From Candidatus Eisenbergiella stercoravium (lineage in GTDB: Bacteria > Bacillota > Clostridia > Lachnospirales > Lachnospiraceae), in the NCBI GenBank assembly GCA_019113175.1, contig DXHY01000045.1, positions 361 through 64,360 of the forward strand: a stretch of DNA of 64,000 nt. Direction: 5' to 3'. The position numbers and the translations under genes were made by a program. The first letter of the stretch is position 1. Each line of letters begins with the position of its first letter. Shown piece by piece: positions 17,523-28,777 of this stretch. Below the pieces are notes generated by a model. The model saw nothing but the letters and a program-made list of their open reading frames with translations, ran no database searches and was not told where the DNA came from.

Positions 17523-20500
17523 ATGCTTTACAAAAAGAACCAAAATATATCGCTGGATGACGGCCTTTTTCGGAATCCGTCCAGCGAATACCGGGGCGCT
17601 CCGTTCTGGGCCTGGAACTGCCGGGTGAGCCGGGAGGATGTGGACCATATCCTGGAGGATCTGAAGGCCATGGGCATGGGAGGCGCCCATCTTCACAGCC
17701 GGACAGGCATGGCTCTGCCCTATCTGGAAAAGGAATTTATGGACAGGATCCGTTATTCTCATCAGAAAGCCGGAAAGCTGGACATGCTCACCTGGCTGTA
17801 TGACGAGGACCGCTGGCCCTCCGGCGCGGCGGGGGGACTGGTAACGAAGGATCCCGCCTTCCGGCAGCGCTTTCTGGTATTCTCGCCGGAAAAGCTGCCC
17901 GCACAGGGAGAGGACAGGAAAAACGGGGAGGCTTCTGTCCACAGCCTCAAAGGGGGAGAAAGAGCGCTCCTTGCACGCTATGCCATAAGGCTGGAGGGAG
18001 GATTCCTGACGGCATATCAGCTGCTGGACCGTCAGGCTCCTGCTCCGGAAGGCTTCGATCTCTGGTATCTGTATGAGGAGGTTGCCGGAAATAATCCCTG
18101 GTATAACAACCAGGCCTATGTGGATACCTTAAATCCCAAAGCCATTGAGAAATTTATAGAAATCACCCACGAAGCCTATTGCAGAGAGCTGGGGGACAGC
18201 TTTGGGGAATCTGTCCCGGCCATTTTCACCGATGAGCCGCAGTTCTGTCAGAAGTCCACACTCGGCTTCGCGGAAGAAAAGAAACGGGTGATCCTTCCCT
18301 ATACGGATGATTTTGCCGATACCTACAGGGAAGCCTATGGCTGTGATTTCTTTGAGACTTTTCCGGAATGTATCTGGGAGCTTCCGGACGGGAAGGTTTC
18401 CGTAAACCGCTATCATTACCATGACCATGTCTGCGAACGGTTTACTGCCGCCTTTGCCGATCAGATCGGCGCCTGGTGCCGGCAGCACGGCATCGCGCTC
18501 ACCGGACATATGCTGGGAGAAGAAACGCTTCAGTCTCAGACGTCGGCTCTGGGAGAGGCCATGCGTTCCTATCGTTCCTTTGATCTTCCCGGCATCGATA
18601 TGCTCTGCGACAACCGGGAGCTTTCCACCGCAAAACAGGCCCAGAGCGCGGTCCACCAGTTTGGCCGGGAAGGGATGTTAAGCGAGATTTACGGCGTGAC
18701 CAACTGGGATTTTGATTTCCGCGGCCACAAGCTGGCGGGAGACTGGCAGGCGGCTCTTGGCGTCACCATCCGGGTGCATCATCTGACCTGGACATCTATG
18801 GCGGGAGAAGCGAAAAGAGATTATCCGGCCTCCATCGGCTATCAGTCCCCATGGTACAGGGAGTATCCCCTGATCGAAAACTATTTCGCCCGCCTGAATA
18901 CCGCTCTCACCAGGGGTACGGCGGAGGTGAAGGTCGGCGTCATCCACCCGGTGGAATCTTACTGGCTGTACTGGGGAGCAAAGGAGCAGACGGATGGCAT
19001 CCGGCAGGAAATGGACTATAATTTCCGGAAGCTTACGGAATGGCTCCTGTTCGGCCTGATCGATTTTGATTTTATTTCGGAGGCTCTCTGGAAGCAGCAG
19101 ACCCCGGACGAAGAGCTGGACGGACAGGGAGATTTCCTGGTAGGGAAAATGAAATATGAGGTGATCCTGGTACCCAATTGTGTCACCATCCGCAGGAGCA
19201 CCCTGGAGCGTCTGAGGGCGTTCAGGAAAAAGGGCGGACGTGTGATCTTCACCGGAACGGTCCCCACCCATGTGGACGCGGTGCGCTGCAGCGATGCGGC
19301 GGACTTCGCGGCATCATGCGAGATCATCGGCTTTGCGGAAAATCTTCTGACATCCGCCCTGCTCCCGGTACGGACGGTGGATGTACATAATCAGGACGGC
19401 GTGCGGGTGAGCAACATGCTGTATCAGATGCGTCAGGACAGCGACCGGAAGTGGCTGTTCCTGGCCCATTGCATGCCGATGAAGAATCCGGATATCCCGA
19501 ACCGGGAGGACCTAACCATCCGGATCAGAGGAGAATGGCGGCCGGTGCTGTATGACGCCATGACGGGAGAGATCCGCGAGGTGCCATATGAAAAGGATAA
19601 AGGAGACACTCTGATCCGGCAGACGGTATTCGATCACGATTCCCTTCTGTATGCCCTGTATCCTGCTGCTTCCGAGCATTCCGAAACCGGAGATTCTGCA
19701 CGGAGAGGCAGTGTGGAAGCCGTTTCTCCTTCCGCGGGGATACAGGAAGCGTCCGGCCGCAGGATCATCCTTCCGGACGACGTGGAGGTTTCTCTGGAGG
19801 AACCTGATGTGGCGGTCCTGGATCTGGCGGAGGCCAGCTTTGACGGAGGACCATGGCAGGAAAGGGATGAAATCCTGCGCATTGACAATAAGTTCAGGGC
19901 CATCACAGGGTATCCGATGCGGATAGATGCCTTCCCACAGCCCTGGGTGGAACCGGAAAAAGAGGAGATCCGGCATCGTCTGGCCCTCCGGTTCAGAATC
20001 CATGCGGACCGGGAGATCACGAAGCCCTTCCTCGCGCTGGAAAACGCGGAGGAAACGAAGCTGACCTTAAACGGTGTTCCGGTTCCCTCTGCCGTAACCG
20101 GATATTATGTGGACCGGGCGATCCGGATGGTAGCGCTTCCGGATCTGAAAGCGGGAGAAAATATTCTGACAGCGGAAATGCCTTATTATAATAAATTTAA
20201 CGTGGAAGTCATGTATCTGCTGGGAGATTTTGGCGTCCGCACAGCGGGACACAGCATCCTCCTCACTGAACCGGTGCGCAGGCTGGCCTTTGGGGACATC
20301 TGCGGACAGGGGCTTCCCTTCTATGGAGGAAATCTCACCTACAAGATACCTGTGAACGTAAGCCGCGACTGCACCCTGAGGGTGGAAGCCACGCAGTTCC
20401 GCTGTCCGGTGATCGGAATCCGCCTGGATGGTCAGGACTGTGGCCGGATCGCCTTCTCTCCCTATTCTCTGGAGATCAGAGATGTGAAAGCCGGAGAGCA

Positions 20501-20681
20501 TCTGCTGGAGATCACCGCTTTCGGAAACCGGGTCAATACATTCGGCACGCTTCATAACTGTAACCATACGGAGAGATGGTTCGGGCCAAACGCCTGGAGA
20601 ACCACGGGACCTGCCTGGGCATATGAGTATCAGCTCCGTCCCGGCGGGATCCTCATCAGCCCGGTAATCACAGAAATCTGA
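17523..20681 (+). CDS. Large putative glycoside hydrolase, YetA-like (glycosylhydrolase-like jelly-roll protein)
   Basis: 1052 aa. The N-terminus YRGAPFWAWNCRVSREDVDHILEDLKAMGMGGAHLHSRTGMALPYLEKEF matches the YetA-like family signature. AAGGAGAGGAAAGGAG SD is present. Confidence 0.6.
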   Translation: MLYKKNQNISLDDGLFRNPSSEYRGAPFWAWNCRVSREDVDHILEDLKAMGMGGAHLHSRTGMALPYLEKEFMDRIRYSHQKAGKLDMLTWLYDEDRWPSGAAGGLVTKDPAFRQRFLVFSPEKLPAQGEDRKNGEASVHSLKGGERALLARYAIRLEGGFLTAYQLLDRQAPAPEGFDLWYLYEEVAGNNPWYNNQAYVDTLNPKAIEKFIEITHEAYCRELGDSFGESVPAIFTDEPQFCQKSTLGFAEEKKRVILPYTDDFADTYREAYGCDFFETFPECIWELPDGKVSVNRYHYHDHVCERFTAAFADQIGAWCRQHGIALTGHMLGEETLQSQTSALGEAMRSYRSFDLPGIDMLCDNRELSTAKQAQSAVHQFGREGMLSEIYGVTNWDFDFRGHKLAGDWQAALGVTIRVHHLTWTSMAGEAKRDYPASIGYQSPWYREYPLIENYFARLNTALTRGTAEVKVGVIHPVESYWLYWGAKEQTDGIRQEMDYNFRKLTEWLLFGLIDFDFISEALWKQQTPDEELDGQGDFLVGKMKYEVILVPNCVTIRRSTLERLRAFRKKGGRVIFTGTVPTHVDAVRCSDAADFAASCEIIGFAENLLTSALLPVRTVDVHNQDGVRVSNMLYQMRQDSDRKWLFLAHCMPMKNPDIPNREDLTIRIRGEWRPVLYDAMTGEIREVPYEKDKGDTLIRQTVFDHDSLLYALYPAASEHSETGDSARRGSVEAVSPSAGIQEASGRRIILPDDVEVSLEEPDVAVLDLAEASFDGGPWQERDEILRIDNKFRAITGYPMRIDAFPQPWVEPEKEEIRHRLALRFRIHADREITKPFLALENAEETKLTLNGVPVPSAVTGYYVDRAIRMVALPDLKAGENILTAEMPYYNKFNVEVMYLLGDFGVRTAGHSILLTEPVRRLAFGDICGQGLPFYGGNLTYKIPVNVSRDCTLRVEATQFRCPVIGIRLDGQDCGRIAFSPYSLEIRDVKAGEHLLEITAFGNRVNTFGTLHNCNHTERWFGPNAWRTTGPAWAYEYQLRPGGILISPVITEI

Positions 20682-20782
20682 GAAGCCGGTTCTGTTTCCG
20701 GAAAAAAACAGAATTAACAGGACGGGGGATCGTTTTGGATTCCCCGTCAAAAATTTTGATGCTGCAGGAGGAAGGATGGCAA

Positions 20783-21208
20783 GTGAAAACGAAATTGATC
20801 TGTTATGATACCCTGCCCGAAGAGGCTGTTCAGATCAGAGAAGAGGTGTTCATGCGGGAACAGGGTTTTCAGGAGGAATTTGACGAAATCGACGGACGCG
20901 CCGTCCATCTGGTTTTGTACTGCGACGGCTCTCCGGCGGCAGTCTGCCGTTTCTATCAGGATCGGATGAATGGAGAGTATCTGATCGGGCGGCTTGCGGT
21001 CAGAAAGGCGTACAGGGGAAAAGGGATCGGCGCCGTCCTGCTTTCGGAAGCCGAGAAGGAAATCGAAAGGCGGGGAGGCAGGATGGCCGCCCTGCATGCC
21101 CAGAGACAGGCGCAGCCCTTTTATGAAAAGCAGGGCTATGCCGCATATGGGGAGACGGATTTTGATGAAGGCTGTCCCCATGTCTGGATGAAAAAGAGGC
21201 TTTCCTGA
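20783..21208 (+). CDS. GNAT family N-acetyltransferase
   Basis: RGKGIGAVLL acetyl-CoA motif. A GTG start at 20783 lies 12 nt after AGGAGG. The track start at 20735 is less likely. Confidence 0.7.
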   Translation: MKTKLICYDTLPEEAVQIREEVFMREQGFQEEFDEIDGRAVHLVLYCDGSPAAVCRFYQDRMNGEYLIGRLAVRKAYRGKGIGAVLLSEAEKEIERRGGRMAALHAQRQAQPFYEKQGYAAYGETDFDEGCPHVWMKKRLS

Positions 21209-21229
21209 CCGCTTCTGCCGGGAGAAGCC

Positions 21230-22234
21230 TCAGGGGGCCGGAGCAGCGGCCTGCTTCGCACGGTGACCGGAGGATTCGGCAGGAGAGGCGGCAGGGACAC
21301 CGGCGTTCCAGCCGGAAAGCCTGCGGTATTTTGCCGGAGAAAGGCCGGTCCTCTCCCGAAAGGTTTTGATGAAATAGCTCTGGTTCTGAAAGCCGCATTC
21401 CGTACAGATCTCCAGAAGGGGCATGGAGGTTTCCAGAAGCAGCTGTCTGGCCTTCCGGATCCGGAGATCGATGATGTACTGGACCGGAGAAATTCCGATG
21501 GTGCGCTGAAAGCAGCGCAGGCATTCCCGGCGGCTCAGGAAGGCGCTGTCAGCGAGCTGCTGAAGCGAAAGCGGTTCTGAAAAATGCTCCTGAACAAAGG
21601 AGAGCATCTGCCGGATGCGGTCCGCATCGGCCTGATGGAGAACGTTCTCTTCGCTGAAATCCGTCGCTTCCGGCATATTCTGACAGAGGAGCAGGAGCGC
21701 TTCTGAAAGTGCGGAACGGACGTGGAATTCGTAACCGAAGGGGCGTTCGGACAGCAGGGTAAAGGCCTTCTGAAACAGCGTAAGAAAGGTCTCCTGCCAT
21801 GGAACTGCCGGGGTCAGAAGCACATGGGAAAAGGCCGGGGCCAGGAGGAGAGGCTTCAGATAGCTTTCCCAGTAGACGCTGTCCCGGGAGCCGTAGATCA
21901 GGGATGGCCTGACCAGGATGTTCGGCATCAAAGACGGCTCTCCATCCGTGCCGCGATAGGCGTGAGGTACGCGTCTGTTGATGAAAATTCCCTCTCCCGG
22001 ATGGAGGAAAAGGGGCCGGGCAGGCTGGGCGTGGATAAAAACGGAGACGGTCCCTTCTGTGACCCAGACGGTCTCCAGTTCCTCATGCCAGTGCCAGGGC
22101 CAGGAATCCTCTGCGTTCTGATACCGGTCCAGATAACCGGCACAGGGAAAGCGGGGGTCTCCGTGCTGTACAGACTCCTGCTTCACCTCGTGGAGAAAGC
22201 CGGGATTTTTCATAACGGTCTCTGGATCCTTCAT
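21230..22234 (-). CDS. AraC family transcriptional regulator (cupin sensor + HTH)
   Basis: C-terminal AraC HTH (LADSAFLSRRECLRCFQRTIGISPVQYIIDLRIRKARQLL...YFIKTFRERTGLSPAKYRR). ATG 22234 is preceded by AGAAAGGAAGAAGG. Confidence 0.85.
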   Translation of the reverse strand: MKDPETVMKNPGFLHEVKQESVQHGDPRFPCAGYLDRYQNAEDSWPWHWHEELETVWVTEGTVSVFIHAQPARPLFLHPGEGIFINRRVPHAYRGTDGEPSLMPNILVRPSLIYGSRDSVYWESYLKPLLLAPAFSHVLLTPAVPWQETFLTLFQKAFTLLSERPFGYEFHVRSALSEALLLLCQNMPEATDFSEENVLHQADADRIRQMLSFVQEHFSEPLSLQQLADSAFLSRRECLRCFQRTIGISPVQYIIDLRIRKARQLLLETSMPLLEICTECGFQNQSYFIKTFRERTGLSPAKYRRLSGWNAGVPAASPAESSGHRAKQAAAPAP

Positions 22235-22371
22235 GTCCTTCTTCCTTTCTGATTTGGGCGTTATTGTTATATTATAGGCCTCTTTTCTGATAGAATCAAC
22301 GGGCCAGGTCTGATATAAATGAAAATCAGCAACGTATAAAAACAAACATAAGAAACGGGAGATTTCAGACT

Positions 22372-23529
22372 ATGGCTGCACTGCTTTTGCTTATCATTTA
22401 CATTGCCTTTATCGGACTGGGCATTCCGGACTCGCTGTTCGGGGCTGCCTGGCCTGCCATTTATACGGAGTTCGGGATTCCGGTTTCCAGAGGAAGCCTG
22501 ATCACCATGCTGATTTCCGGGGGAACCATCATATCCAGCCTGCTGTCGGCGGAGCTGATCCGGCGCTTCGGTACCGGAAGGATCACCGCCTTTTCCACTT
22601 CTCTGACCGCTGCGGCGCTGTTTGGCTTTTCCTGCTCCGGAAATCTGCTTCTGCTTTGCCTGTTCGCAGTTCCCCTGGGCCTGGGGGCCGGAGCCATCGA
22701 TACCGCGCTGAACAATTATGTGGCGCTTCACTATCGGGCATCCCATATGAATTTCCTGCACTGCTTTTATGGAATCGGAGTTTCCCTGAGCCCTCTGCTG
22801 ATGTCTCTGGCCCTGTCAGCAGGCAGCTGGCGGAACGGTTACCGGACGGTATTCTGGCTGCAGGCGGGAATTGCCGTTCTCACCATCCTGGCGCTTCCGC
22901 TCTGGAAAAGGGTATCCGCTGTTTCCGGACAGGAGGAAGAGGCGGCAGAAACGGTGCGTTTTTCCCGGCTGCTGAGGGATTCCAGGGTGCGCATGGCCTG
23001 CCTGGTGTTCATAGGCTCCTGCGGGCTGGAATATTCCTGCGGCAACTGGGGAAGTACCTTTCTGGTCACATCAAGAGGACTGGAGGTGGATGCGGGAGCC
23101 GGGATGATTACTCTGTATTACGTGGGAATCGCGGCCGGACGTTTCCTTTCGGGTATTCTGTCCTTCCGCCTGGGAAGCCGCAGGCTGGTGCTGATGGGAC
23201 AGGCTGTTGTCCTTGCGGCGCTTCTTCTGCTCTGTCTGCCAGGGCTGGCATTTCCGGGACTGGGACTGTTTCTGATTGGCCTGGGCAATGGACCGGTTTT
23301 TCCCAATATGCTGCATCTGACTCCCCGGATTTTTGGAAAAAGGCTTTCCCAGTCCGTGATGGGTGTGCAGATGGCGGCTTCCTATGTGGGTATTCTGCTG
23401 GCGCCGGCTCTGTTCGGCGTGATTGCCCAGGAGATCGGAGCGGCGCTTTTCCCGGGCTGGCTTTTCCTGCTGTATCTTTTGATGATGACAGGAAGCTTTT
23501 TTACTGTTTTAAAACGAAAAGAGAAATGA
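22372..23529 (+). CDS. MFS transporter
   Basis: 385 aa with a 12-TM-like hydrophobic profile, divergent from the AraC gene. Confidence 0.8.
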   Translation: MAALLLLIIYIAFIGLGIPDSLFGAAWPAIYTEFGIPVSRGSLITMLISGGTIISSLLSAELIRRFGTGRITAFSTSLTAAALFGFSCSGNLLLLCLFAVPLGLGAGAIDTALNNYVALHYRASHMNFLHCFYGIGVSLSPLLMSLALSAGSWRNGYRTVFWLQAGIAVLTILALPLWKRVSAVSGQEEEAAETVRFSRLLRDSRVRMACLVFIGSCGLEYSCGNWGSTFLVTSRGLEVDAGAGMITLYYVGIAAGRFLSGILSFRLGSRRLVLMGQAVVLAALLLLCLPGLAFPGLGLFLIGLGNGPVFPNMLHLTPRIFGKRLSQSVMGVQMAASYVGILLAPALFGVIAQEIGAALFPGWLFLLYLLMMTGSFFTVLKRKEK

Positions 23530-23575
23530 TATAATGAGGCAGATTTGTTACAAAACATAAAAAGGAGAAGCGGTT

Positions 23576-24781
23576 ATGTTCAAAGCGATCCGAAACAACT
23601 ACCAGCATACCGTTTATGCCTGCTTTATCGGATACGTGGTGCAGGCCATCGTCAACAATTTTGCTCCTCTGCTGTTTGTGACGCTGGGCGCGCAGTACGG
23701 GATCAGCATGAATCAGATTTCCGTGATCATTTCCGTTAATTTCGGTGTACAGCTTGCGGTGGACCTTCTGTCCCCGCTGTTCATCGACCGGATCGGATAT
23801 AAGGCGAGCGCCGTTCTTGCACACCTGTTTTCTGCTGCCGGCCTGCTGCTGTTCGCTTTTCTGCCGGGGCTGCTGGCAGATCCCTTTGCCGGACTTCTGA
23901 CCGCGGTTATGGTCTATGCCATAGGAGGAGGACTGCTGGAGGTGCTCATCAGCCCCATCGTGGAGGCCTGTCCCACGGAGCGCAAGGAAGCGGCCATGAG
24001 CCTTCTGCATTCCTTTTACTGCTGGGGGCATGCGGGCGTGGTGGTGCTTTCCACCCTGTTTTTTGCCCTTGCGGGGGTGGAACACTGGCAGATCATGGCC
24101 TGTCTGTGGGCGCTGGTGCCGGTGCTGAACCTGATTTATTTCTGCCTGGTGCCGGTACCTTTTCTGGAGGCATCCGGAGAGGAGAGCAGGGGAAGCGGCC
24201 TTCTGAAAAACGGTCTGTTCTGGCTGATGGTCCTTTTGATGCTCTGCGCGGGAGCCTGCGAACAGGCGGTAAGCCAGTGGGCCTCCACCTTCGCGGAAAA
24301 GGGGCTTGGCGTGACGAAAACCGTGGGAGACCTGACTGGTCCGCTGTCTTTTGCTTTATTGATGGGAACGGGAAGGGTACTTTACGCAAAGTGCAGCGAC
24401 CGGGTGGAGATCACCAGATATATGACGGCCAGCGGAATTCTCTGCCTGATCGCATATCTGCTGATTTCCTTTTCCCCGGTCCCGGCTCTGGGCCTGATCG
24501 GCTGCGGCCTGTGCGGCTTTTCCGTAGGGGTGCTCTGGCCGGGAACCTTCAGCCTTGCCGCAAAGAAAATCAAAGGCGGTACGACCATGTTCGCCTGGTT
24601 TGCTCTTGCCGGTGATCTGGGCTGTATGAGCGGGCCGGGTCTGGTGGGCTGGGCGGCTGGCCGGGCAGGGGATAACCTGCAGACCGGTATTCTGGCGGCT
24701 GTGGTATTTCCGGTGCTTCTGCTCATCGGCCTTGCCATTGCAAGGAGAACCGGAAAAGGGGAGAAAATGTCACAGGTTTAA
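23576..24781 (+). CDS. MFS transporter
   Basis: 401 aa, hydrophobic 12-TM profile, AAAAGGAGAAG SD. Confidence 0.8.
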   Translation: MFKAIRNNYQHTVYACFIGYVVQAIVNNFAPLLFVTLGAQYGISMNQISVIISVNFGVQLAVDLLSPLFIDRIGYKASAVLAHLFSAAGLLLFAFLPGLLADPFAGLLTAVMVYAIGGGLLEVLISPIVEACPTERKEAAMSLLHSFYCWGHAGVVVLSTLFFALAGVEHWQIMACLWALVPVLNLIYFCLVPVPFLEASGEESRGSGLLKNGLFWLMVLLMLCAGACEQAVSQWASTFAEKGLGVTKTVGDLTGPLSFALLMGTGRVLYAKCSDRVEITRYMTASGILCLIAYLLISFSPVPALGLIGCGLCGFSVGVLWPGTFSLAAKKIKGGTTMFAWFALAGDLGCMSGPGLVGWAAGRAGDNLQTGILAAVVFPVLLLIGLAIARRTGKGEKMSQV

Positions 24782-24816
24782 TGATCTGTATAACATGCTT
24801 TTGCATGGAGGAAAAG

Positions 24817-27267
24817 ATGACACACACAGACAGAGAGATGAAGATGCGACAACGGCTGTGGTATGACAGACCGGCAGCGTACTGGGAGGAGGCTCTGCCG
24901 CTGGGAAACGGAAGGATTGGGGCGATGCTGTATTCCGGCGTGGGGGAGGAGGATATTCTGTTCAATGAGGATACCCTCTGGTCCGGTTATCCTAAGGATG
25001 CAGGAATCGGTGAGGTGGTTTCCCACTATCACAGGGCCAGGGATCTGGCACTGGCGGGAAGATATGCGGAGGCGCAGGAGGAAATCGAAGCGCATCTGGA
25101 AGGCGAATTTACAGACGCCTATCTTCCTGCCGGAAGAATCCGGCTGATGTTTGAGGATTTTCAGAAGGAGAATCCGGAGGATTATGTCAGAAGCCTGGAT
25201 CTGAAAAATGCACAGCATTTTTCCTGCTTCCGGGCAGGCGGCAGATCCGTCAGAAAGGAAGCCTTTGTTTCCGCACCGGAGCAGGCGTTCTTCTGGAGGG
25301 TGACTGCGGAAGCAGGCGGTCTTTCCTTCCGGATCCTGATGGACAGCCAGCTGAAATCAGAGGTACGGGCAGAGGGAAACCGTCTGATCCTCACCGGAAT
25401 CGCTCCGTCCTACGACGCGCCCAACTATCTGGAAACGGAGAATCCTGTCCGTTATGAGGAGGAGCTCTCACGGAAGGGCATGCGCTTCTGTATGATCCTG
25501 TCCGTGGAAAACGACGGAGGAAGCATCTGCGCGCAGGATGGCTCTCTGTGTGTGACGGGAGCACGGGAAGCGGTGATCCGTGTCTGCATCCGGACCAGCT
25601 TTAACGGCTATGACAGGCAGCCTTTCACGGAAGGGAGAGATGAAAAGCAGGACTGCATGCTGGATCTTGAGAGGGCGCAGGCTGTTTCCTTTGAAGAGGC
25701 GGCGCGCAGGCACAGAGCGGATTATGCGGCTCTGTTTGACCGCGTGGATCTGATCCTTACGGACAGGGGAGATAAGGAGATACAGCAGGAATCGGGCAGG
25801 ATCCGGACAGAAAATCATGAGGAGCTTCCCACAGACGAACGGCTCCGTCGTTTTTACCCGGAGGGACAGAAGGACATTGGGCTGTGCGAACTGCTTTTCC
25901 ATTACGGAAGATATCTGCTGATCTCTGCCTCCCGTCCGGGAACCCAGCCGGCCACGCTGCAGGGACTCTGGAACGCGCAGCTGCGCGCCCCGTGGAGCTC
26001 CAACTATACGGTCAATATCAACACGGAAATGAATTACTGGCCGGCGGAAAGCTGTAATCTTGCCGATCTGCATCAGCCTCTTTTTAACATGCTCCGCGAT
26101 CTGGCGGTGACGGGGCGTAAGCCTGCCCGGGATATCTACGGAGCGGGAGGCTATGTTTCCCACCACAACGTGGATATCTGGCGGCTTTCCACCCCGGTTG
26201 GAAGAAAGGGAAGGGGAACGGCAGGCTACGCCTTCTGGCCCATGTCCTCAGGCTGGCTCTGCCGTCATCTCTTTGATCACTATGAGTATGCGCTGGATGA
26301 GGAGTTCCTCCGTAATACCGCCTGGCCGCTGATTCGGGAAGCGGCGGTGTTCTATAACGATGTGCTGGTGGAGGACCGTGATGGCTGGCTGATTTTTGCA
26401 CCGGCCACGTCTCCGGAGAACCGATATCTCATTAATGGAAAGAGGGGTGTGGTAACGGCATCCACCGCAATGACCATGTCCATTATCCGGGAGGTCTTTG
26501 AGGAGTGTATCCGGAGTGCGGAAATCCTGGGACAGGAGGATGCCTTCACCCGGGAGCTGAAGGAAAAGCTGCCACGCCTGAAGCCGCTGCAGATCGGCGC
26601 GGACGGGAGAGTCCTGGAGTGGAACGAAGAGCTTGCAGAGGAGGAGCCGGAGCATCGTCATATTTCCCACTGCTACGCGTTGTATCCGGGAAATATGGTG
26701 GATTATGACTCTGCGCCGGAGCTCATGGAAGCCTTTCGGAAGACCCTTGTGAAAAGAGGAGATGAAGGGACGGGCTGGAGTCTGGGATGGAAGATCAATG
26801 CCTGGGCAAGGCTCTGGGACGGAGATCATGCCTTCCGCATGCTTGCAAGACAGCTGTGCTATGTTCCTGCATCCACTGCGCCTGTGGGAGAGATCCCGGA
26901 GGAACGGGAGGACGATGATAAGTTCAACTACAACAGCGGAGGAACCTACCCCAATCTGTTCGATGCCCATCCGCCCTTCCAGATCGATGGAAATTTCGGC
27001 GCTGCAGCAGGAATCGCGGAAATGCTTCTGCAGAGCACGCCGGAAAAAATTTTCCTCCTGCCCGCACTGCCTTCCCGCTTTGCGGACGGCAGTGTCCAGG
27101 GCCTTCGTGCGAAGGGCCGCGTTACGGTCAGCATGGAATGGGAAGATGGCAGGCTGAGGAAGGCGGTGCTTGCTACTGATCGTACTCAGGAGAGAACCAT
27201 AGTCTGTCAGGGACAAAGGGAGCGGGTGAGACTGGAGGCCGGAAAGCCGTTTGTATATGAGCTGTAG
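24817..27267 (+). CDS. Glycoside hydrolase family 95 (alpha-L-fucosidase/galactosidase type)
   Basis: [44 protein letters not shown] is the GH95 N-terminal signature. Downstream blocks [16 protein letters not shown] and [11 protein letters not shown] are also present. Confidence 0.85.
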   Translation: MTHTDREMKMRQRLWYDRPAAYWEEALPLGNGRIGAMLYSGVGEEDILFNEDTLWSGYPKDAGIGEVVSHYHRARDLALAGRYAEAQEEIEAHLEGEFTDAYLPAGRIRLMFEDFQKENPEDYVRSLDLKNAQHFSCFRAGGRSVRKEAFVSAPEQAFFWRVTAEAGGLSFRILMDSQLKSEVRAEGNRLILTGIAPSYDAPNYLETENPVRYEEELSRKGMRFCMILSVENDGGSICAQDGSLCVTGAREAVIRVCIRTSFNGYDRQPFTEGRDEKQDCMLDLERAQAVSFEEAARRHRADYAALFDRVDLILTDRGDKEIQQESGRIRTENHEELPTDERLRRFYPEGQKDIGLCELLFHYGRYLLISASRPGTQPATLQGLWNAQLRAPWSSNYTVNINTEMNYWPAESCNLADLHQPLFNMLRDLAVTGRKPARDIYGAGGYVSHHNVDIWRLSTPVGRKGRGTAGYAFWPMSSGWLCRHLFDHYEYALDEEFLRNTAWPLIREAAVFYNDVLVEDRDGWLIFAPATSPENRYLINGKRGVVTASTAMTMSIIREVFEECIRSAEILGQEDAFTRELKEKLPRLKPLQIGADGRVLEWNEELAEEEPEHRHISHCYALYPGNMVDYDSAPELMEAFRKTLVKRGDEGTGWSLGWKINAWARLWDGDHAFRMLARQLCYVPASTAPVGEIPEEREDDDKFNYNSGGTYPNLFDAHPPFQIDGNFGAAAGIAEMLLQSTPEKIFLLPALPSRFADGSVQGLRAKGRVTVSMEWEDGRLRKAVLATDRTQERTIVCQGQRERVRLEAGKPFVYEL

Positions 27268-27329
27268 AAAAAATAAGAGAGCACAATAAAAGAAGGCTGC
27301 CCCACAGACCGCTGCAGACGAAAACTGCA

Positions 27330-27353
27330 GCGGCCCTGCAGGGCCGCCTTTTT
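27330..27353 (+). terminator. Rho-independent terminator after GH95
   Basis: gcggccc tgca gggccgc followed by cTTTTT. A second 9-bp hairpin (27309-27333) lies just upstream. Confidence 0.6.
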
Positions 27354-27395
27354 CCATTACCGTACCATGCGTGTTGGCGTCCGGCGCGGAATACA

Positions 27396-28469
27396 TTATT
27401 TGAAAATATGAATCACGCCCCTGTCGTTCAGATTTTTCAGAAGCGACAGGGTGATCGGAAAGCCGAACAGCCCGATCACACCCAGAAGGTTCAGCCCTGC
27501 CAGCATGCTGGCCAGCGTCACCACAGGATGCAGGCCCACCTGATGGCCCACGATTTTCGGCTCGATAATATTGCGGATCACCGTGATGATCAGATACAGG
27601 ATCAGAAGTCCGAAGCCCCGGAAAAAATCTCCCGTAATCAGGGAAATGATCGCCCACGGAATCATGATCCCGCCGGTGCCAAGCACGGGCAGAATATCAA
27701 AGATGGCGATGCAGACCGCGATCAGGATGGCATTTGGCACCCGCAGTACCGTCAGGCCGATGGAGATCTCGGTAAAGGTGATGAACAGGATCAGCGCATA
27801 GGAAAGAATGCACTTGATCAGCGTGCCGCAGACATATTCGCGGATTTCAAACAGAACCTTTCGTCCGCCCTCCGGAAACTGGCGGAGAATGAACTCCGTG
27901 ATTTTGGGATAATCGATGGTCATGAAAAAGGTCACGATGATGGTGATGACCAGATTCAGGAACATTCCCGGAACGGAAGCGGCCAGCGAAGAAATGGCGC
28001 TGATCGCGCTCATGGAAATACTGGAAACGGCGCTTCCCAGAGAGCCGGTCACATCGCGGGAAATATCCTCCAGAACGGCTACTGCGGAAGGATCCAGCGC
28101 GGACAGCGCAACCTCAAGCTGGGAAAAAAGATCCATCAGCAGAGGCAGCAGCATGGTGCTGTAAAGGGAAGGAAGCGCTCCGATCAGCTGCCTGATTGAG
28201 GCGAAAGCGCGGAAGCCGAGAAAAGTGATCAGCGAGCCCGCCGCCACAAAAAACAGGGCTGTCAGCAGAATTGCGGGCAGTACCCTGGGAACGCGCAGCT
28301 TTTTTGTCAGCCAACGGATCGGCCAGTTCAGCAGAAAGGCGATGACGAAACCGAACGCGAAGGGAGCAAAAAAGGGAAGGGCGTATTTCAGACAGATATA
28401 GATGATGGCGATGACAATCACCCAGAAAGCAAAACGGATCAGAAAGGTTTTCTGTTTTTCAAGATTCAT
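27396..28469 (-). CDS. ytvI: AI-2E family transporter / sporulation integral membrane protein YtvI-like
   Basis: 357 aa, multi-TM. The N-terminal pattern FLIRFAFWVIVIAIIYICLKYALPFFAPFAFGFVIAFLLNWPIRWL is YtvI-like. Confidence 0.65.
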   Translation of the reverse strand: MNLEKQKTFLIRFAFWVIVIAIIYICLKYALPFFAPFAFGFVIAFLLNWPIRWLTKKLRVPRVLPAILLTALFFVAAGSLITFLGFRAFASIRQLIGALPSLYSTMLLPLLMDLFSQLEVALSALDPSAVAVLEDISRDVTGSLGSAVSSISMSAISAISSLAASVPGMFLNLVITIIVTFFMTIDYPKITEFILRQFPEGGRKVLFEIREYVCGTLIKCILSYALILFITFTEISIGLTVLRVPNAILIAVCIAIFDILPVLGTGGIMIPWAIISLITGDFFRGFGLLILYLIITVIRNIIEPKIVGHQVGLHPVVTLASMLAGLNLLGVIGLFGFPITLSLLKNLNDRGVIHIFK

Positions 28470-28777
28470 AAAATGTTTTCCGCAGCGTGATAAACGTCAT
28501 TGCTGCAGGCCGTGCCTGCCGGCCATGCGCTATTTTCCGTCAAAAGCTGCCGCTGCGGTATCCTCCTGCAGAAAGTGTAAATGCTTTCCATGGCACAGTC
28601 AATATGGACAGAGGATATTTAATGCAAATTTAATAAAAACGAAACAGAAATCATATGGTCTGGAAACAATAATTGACAATACGAAAGTATGCGGCTTATG
28701 ATGAAATTATCATATCCACAGGCTGAGACAGGAATGGAGAAGCCGGGAATAAAATAAATATGGGAGGCGGAGAGACG

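Noticed and set aside
17206-17942. ORFs 17206-17484 and 17484-17942 (minus) in and around the AT-rich region upstream of the YetA-like gene.
   Set aside because: The first is a low-complexity hydrophobic/basic translation of AT-rich promoter DNA. The second is antisense to the 5' end of the YetA-like gene. An extended -10 (TGaTATAAT, 17465-17473) fits a promoter role for this region instead.
28470-28777. Possible riboswitch upstream of the MBL-fold gene (308-nt gap with a TTGACA/TATGAT-like promoter at about 28672-28701).
   Set aside because: I could not match the leader to any riboswitch core I know (SAM, TPP, FMN, cobalamin, purine, c-di-GMP, ZTP, preQ1, glycine, lysine, T-box). It contains only short hairpins.
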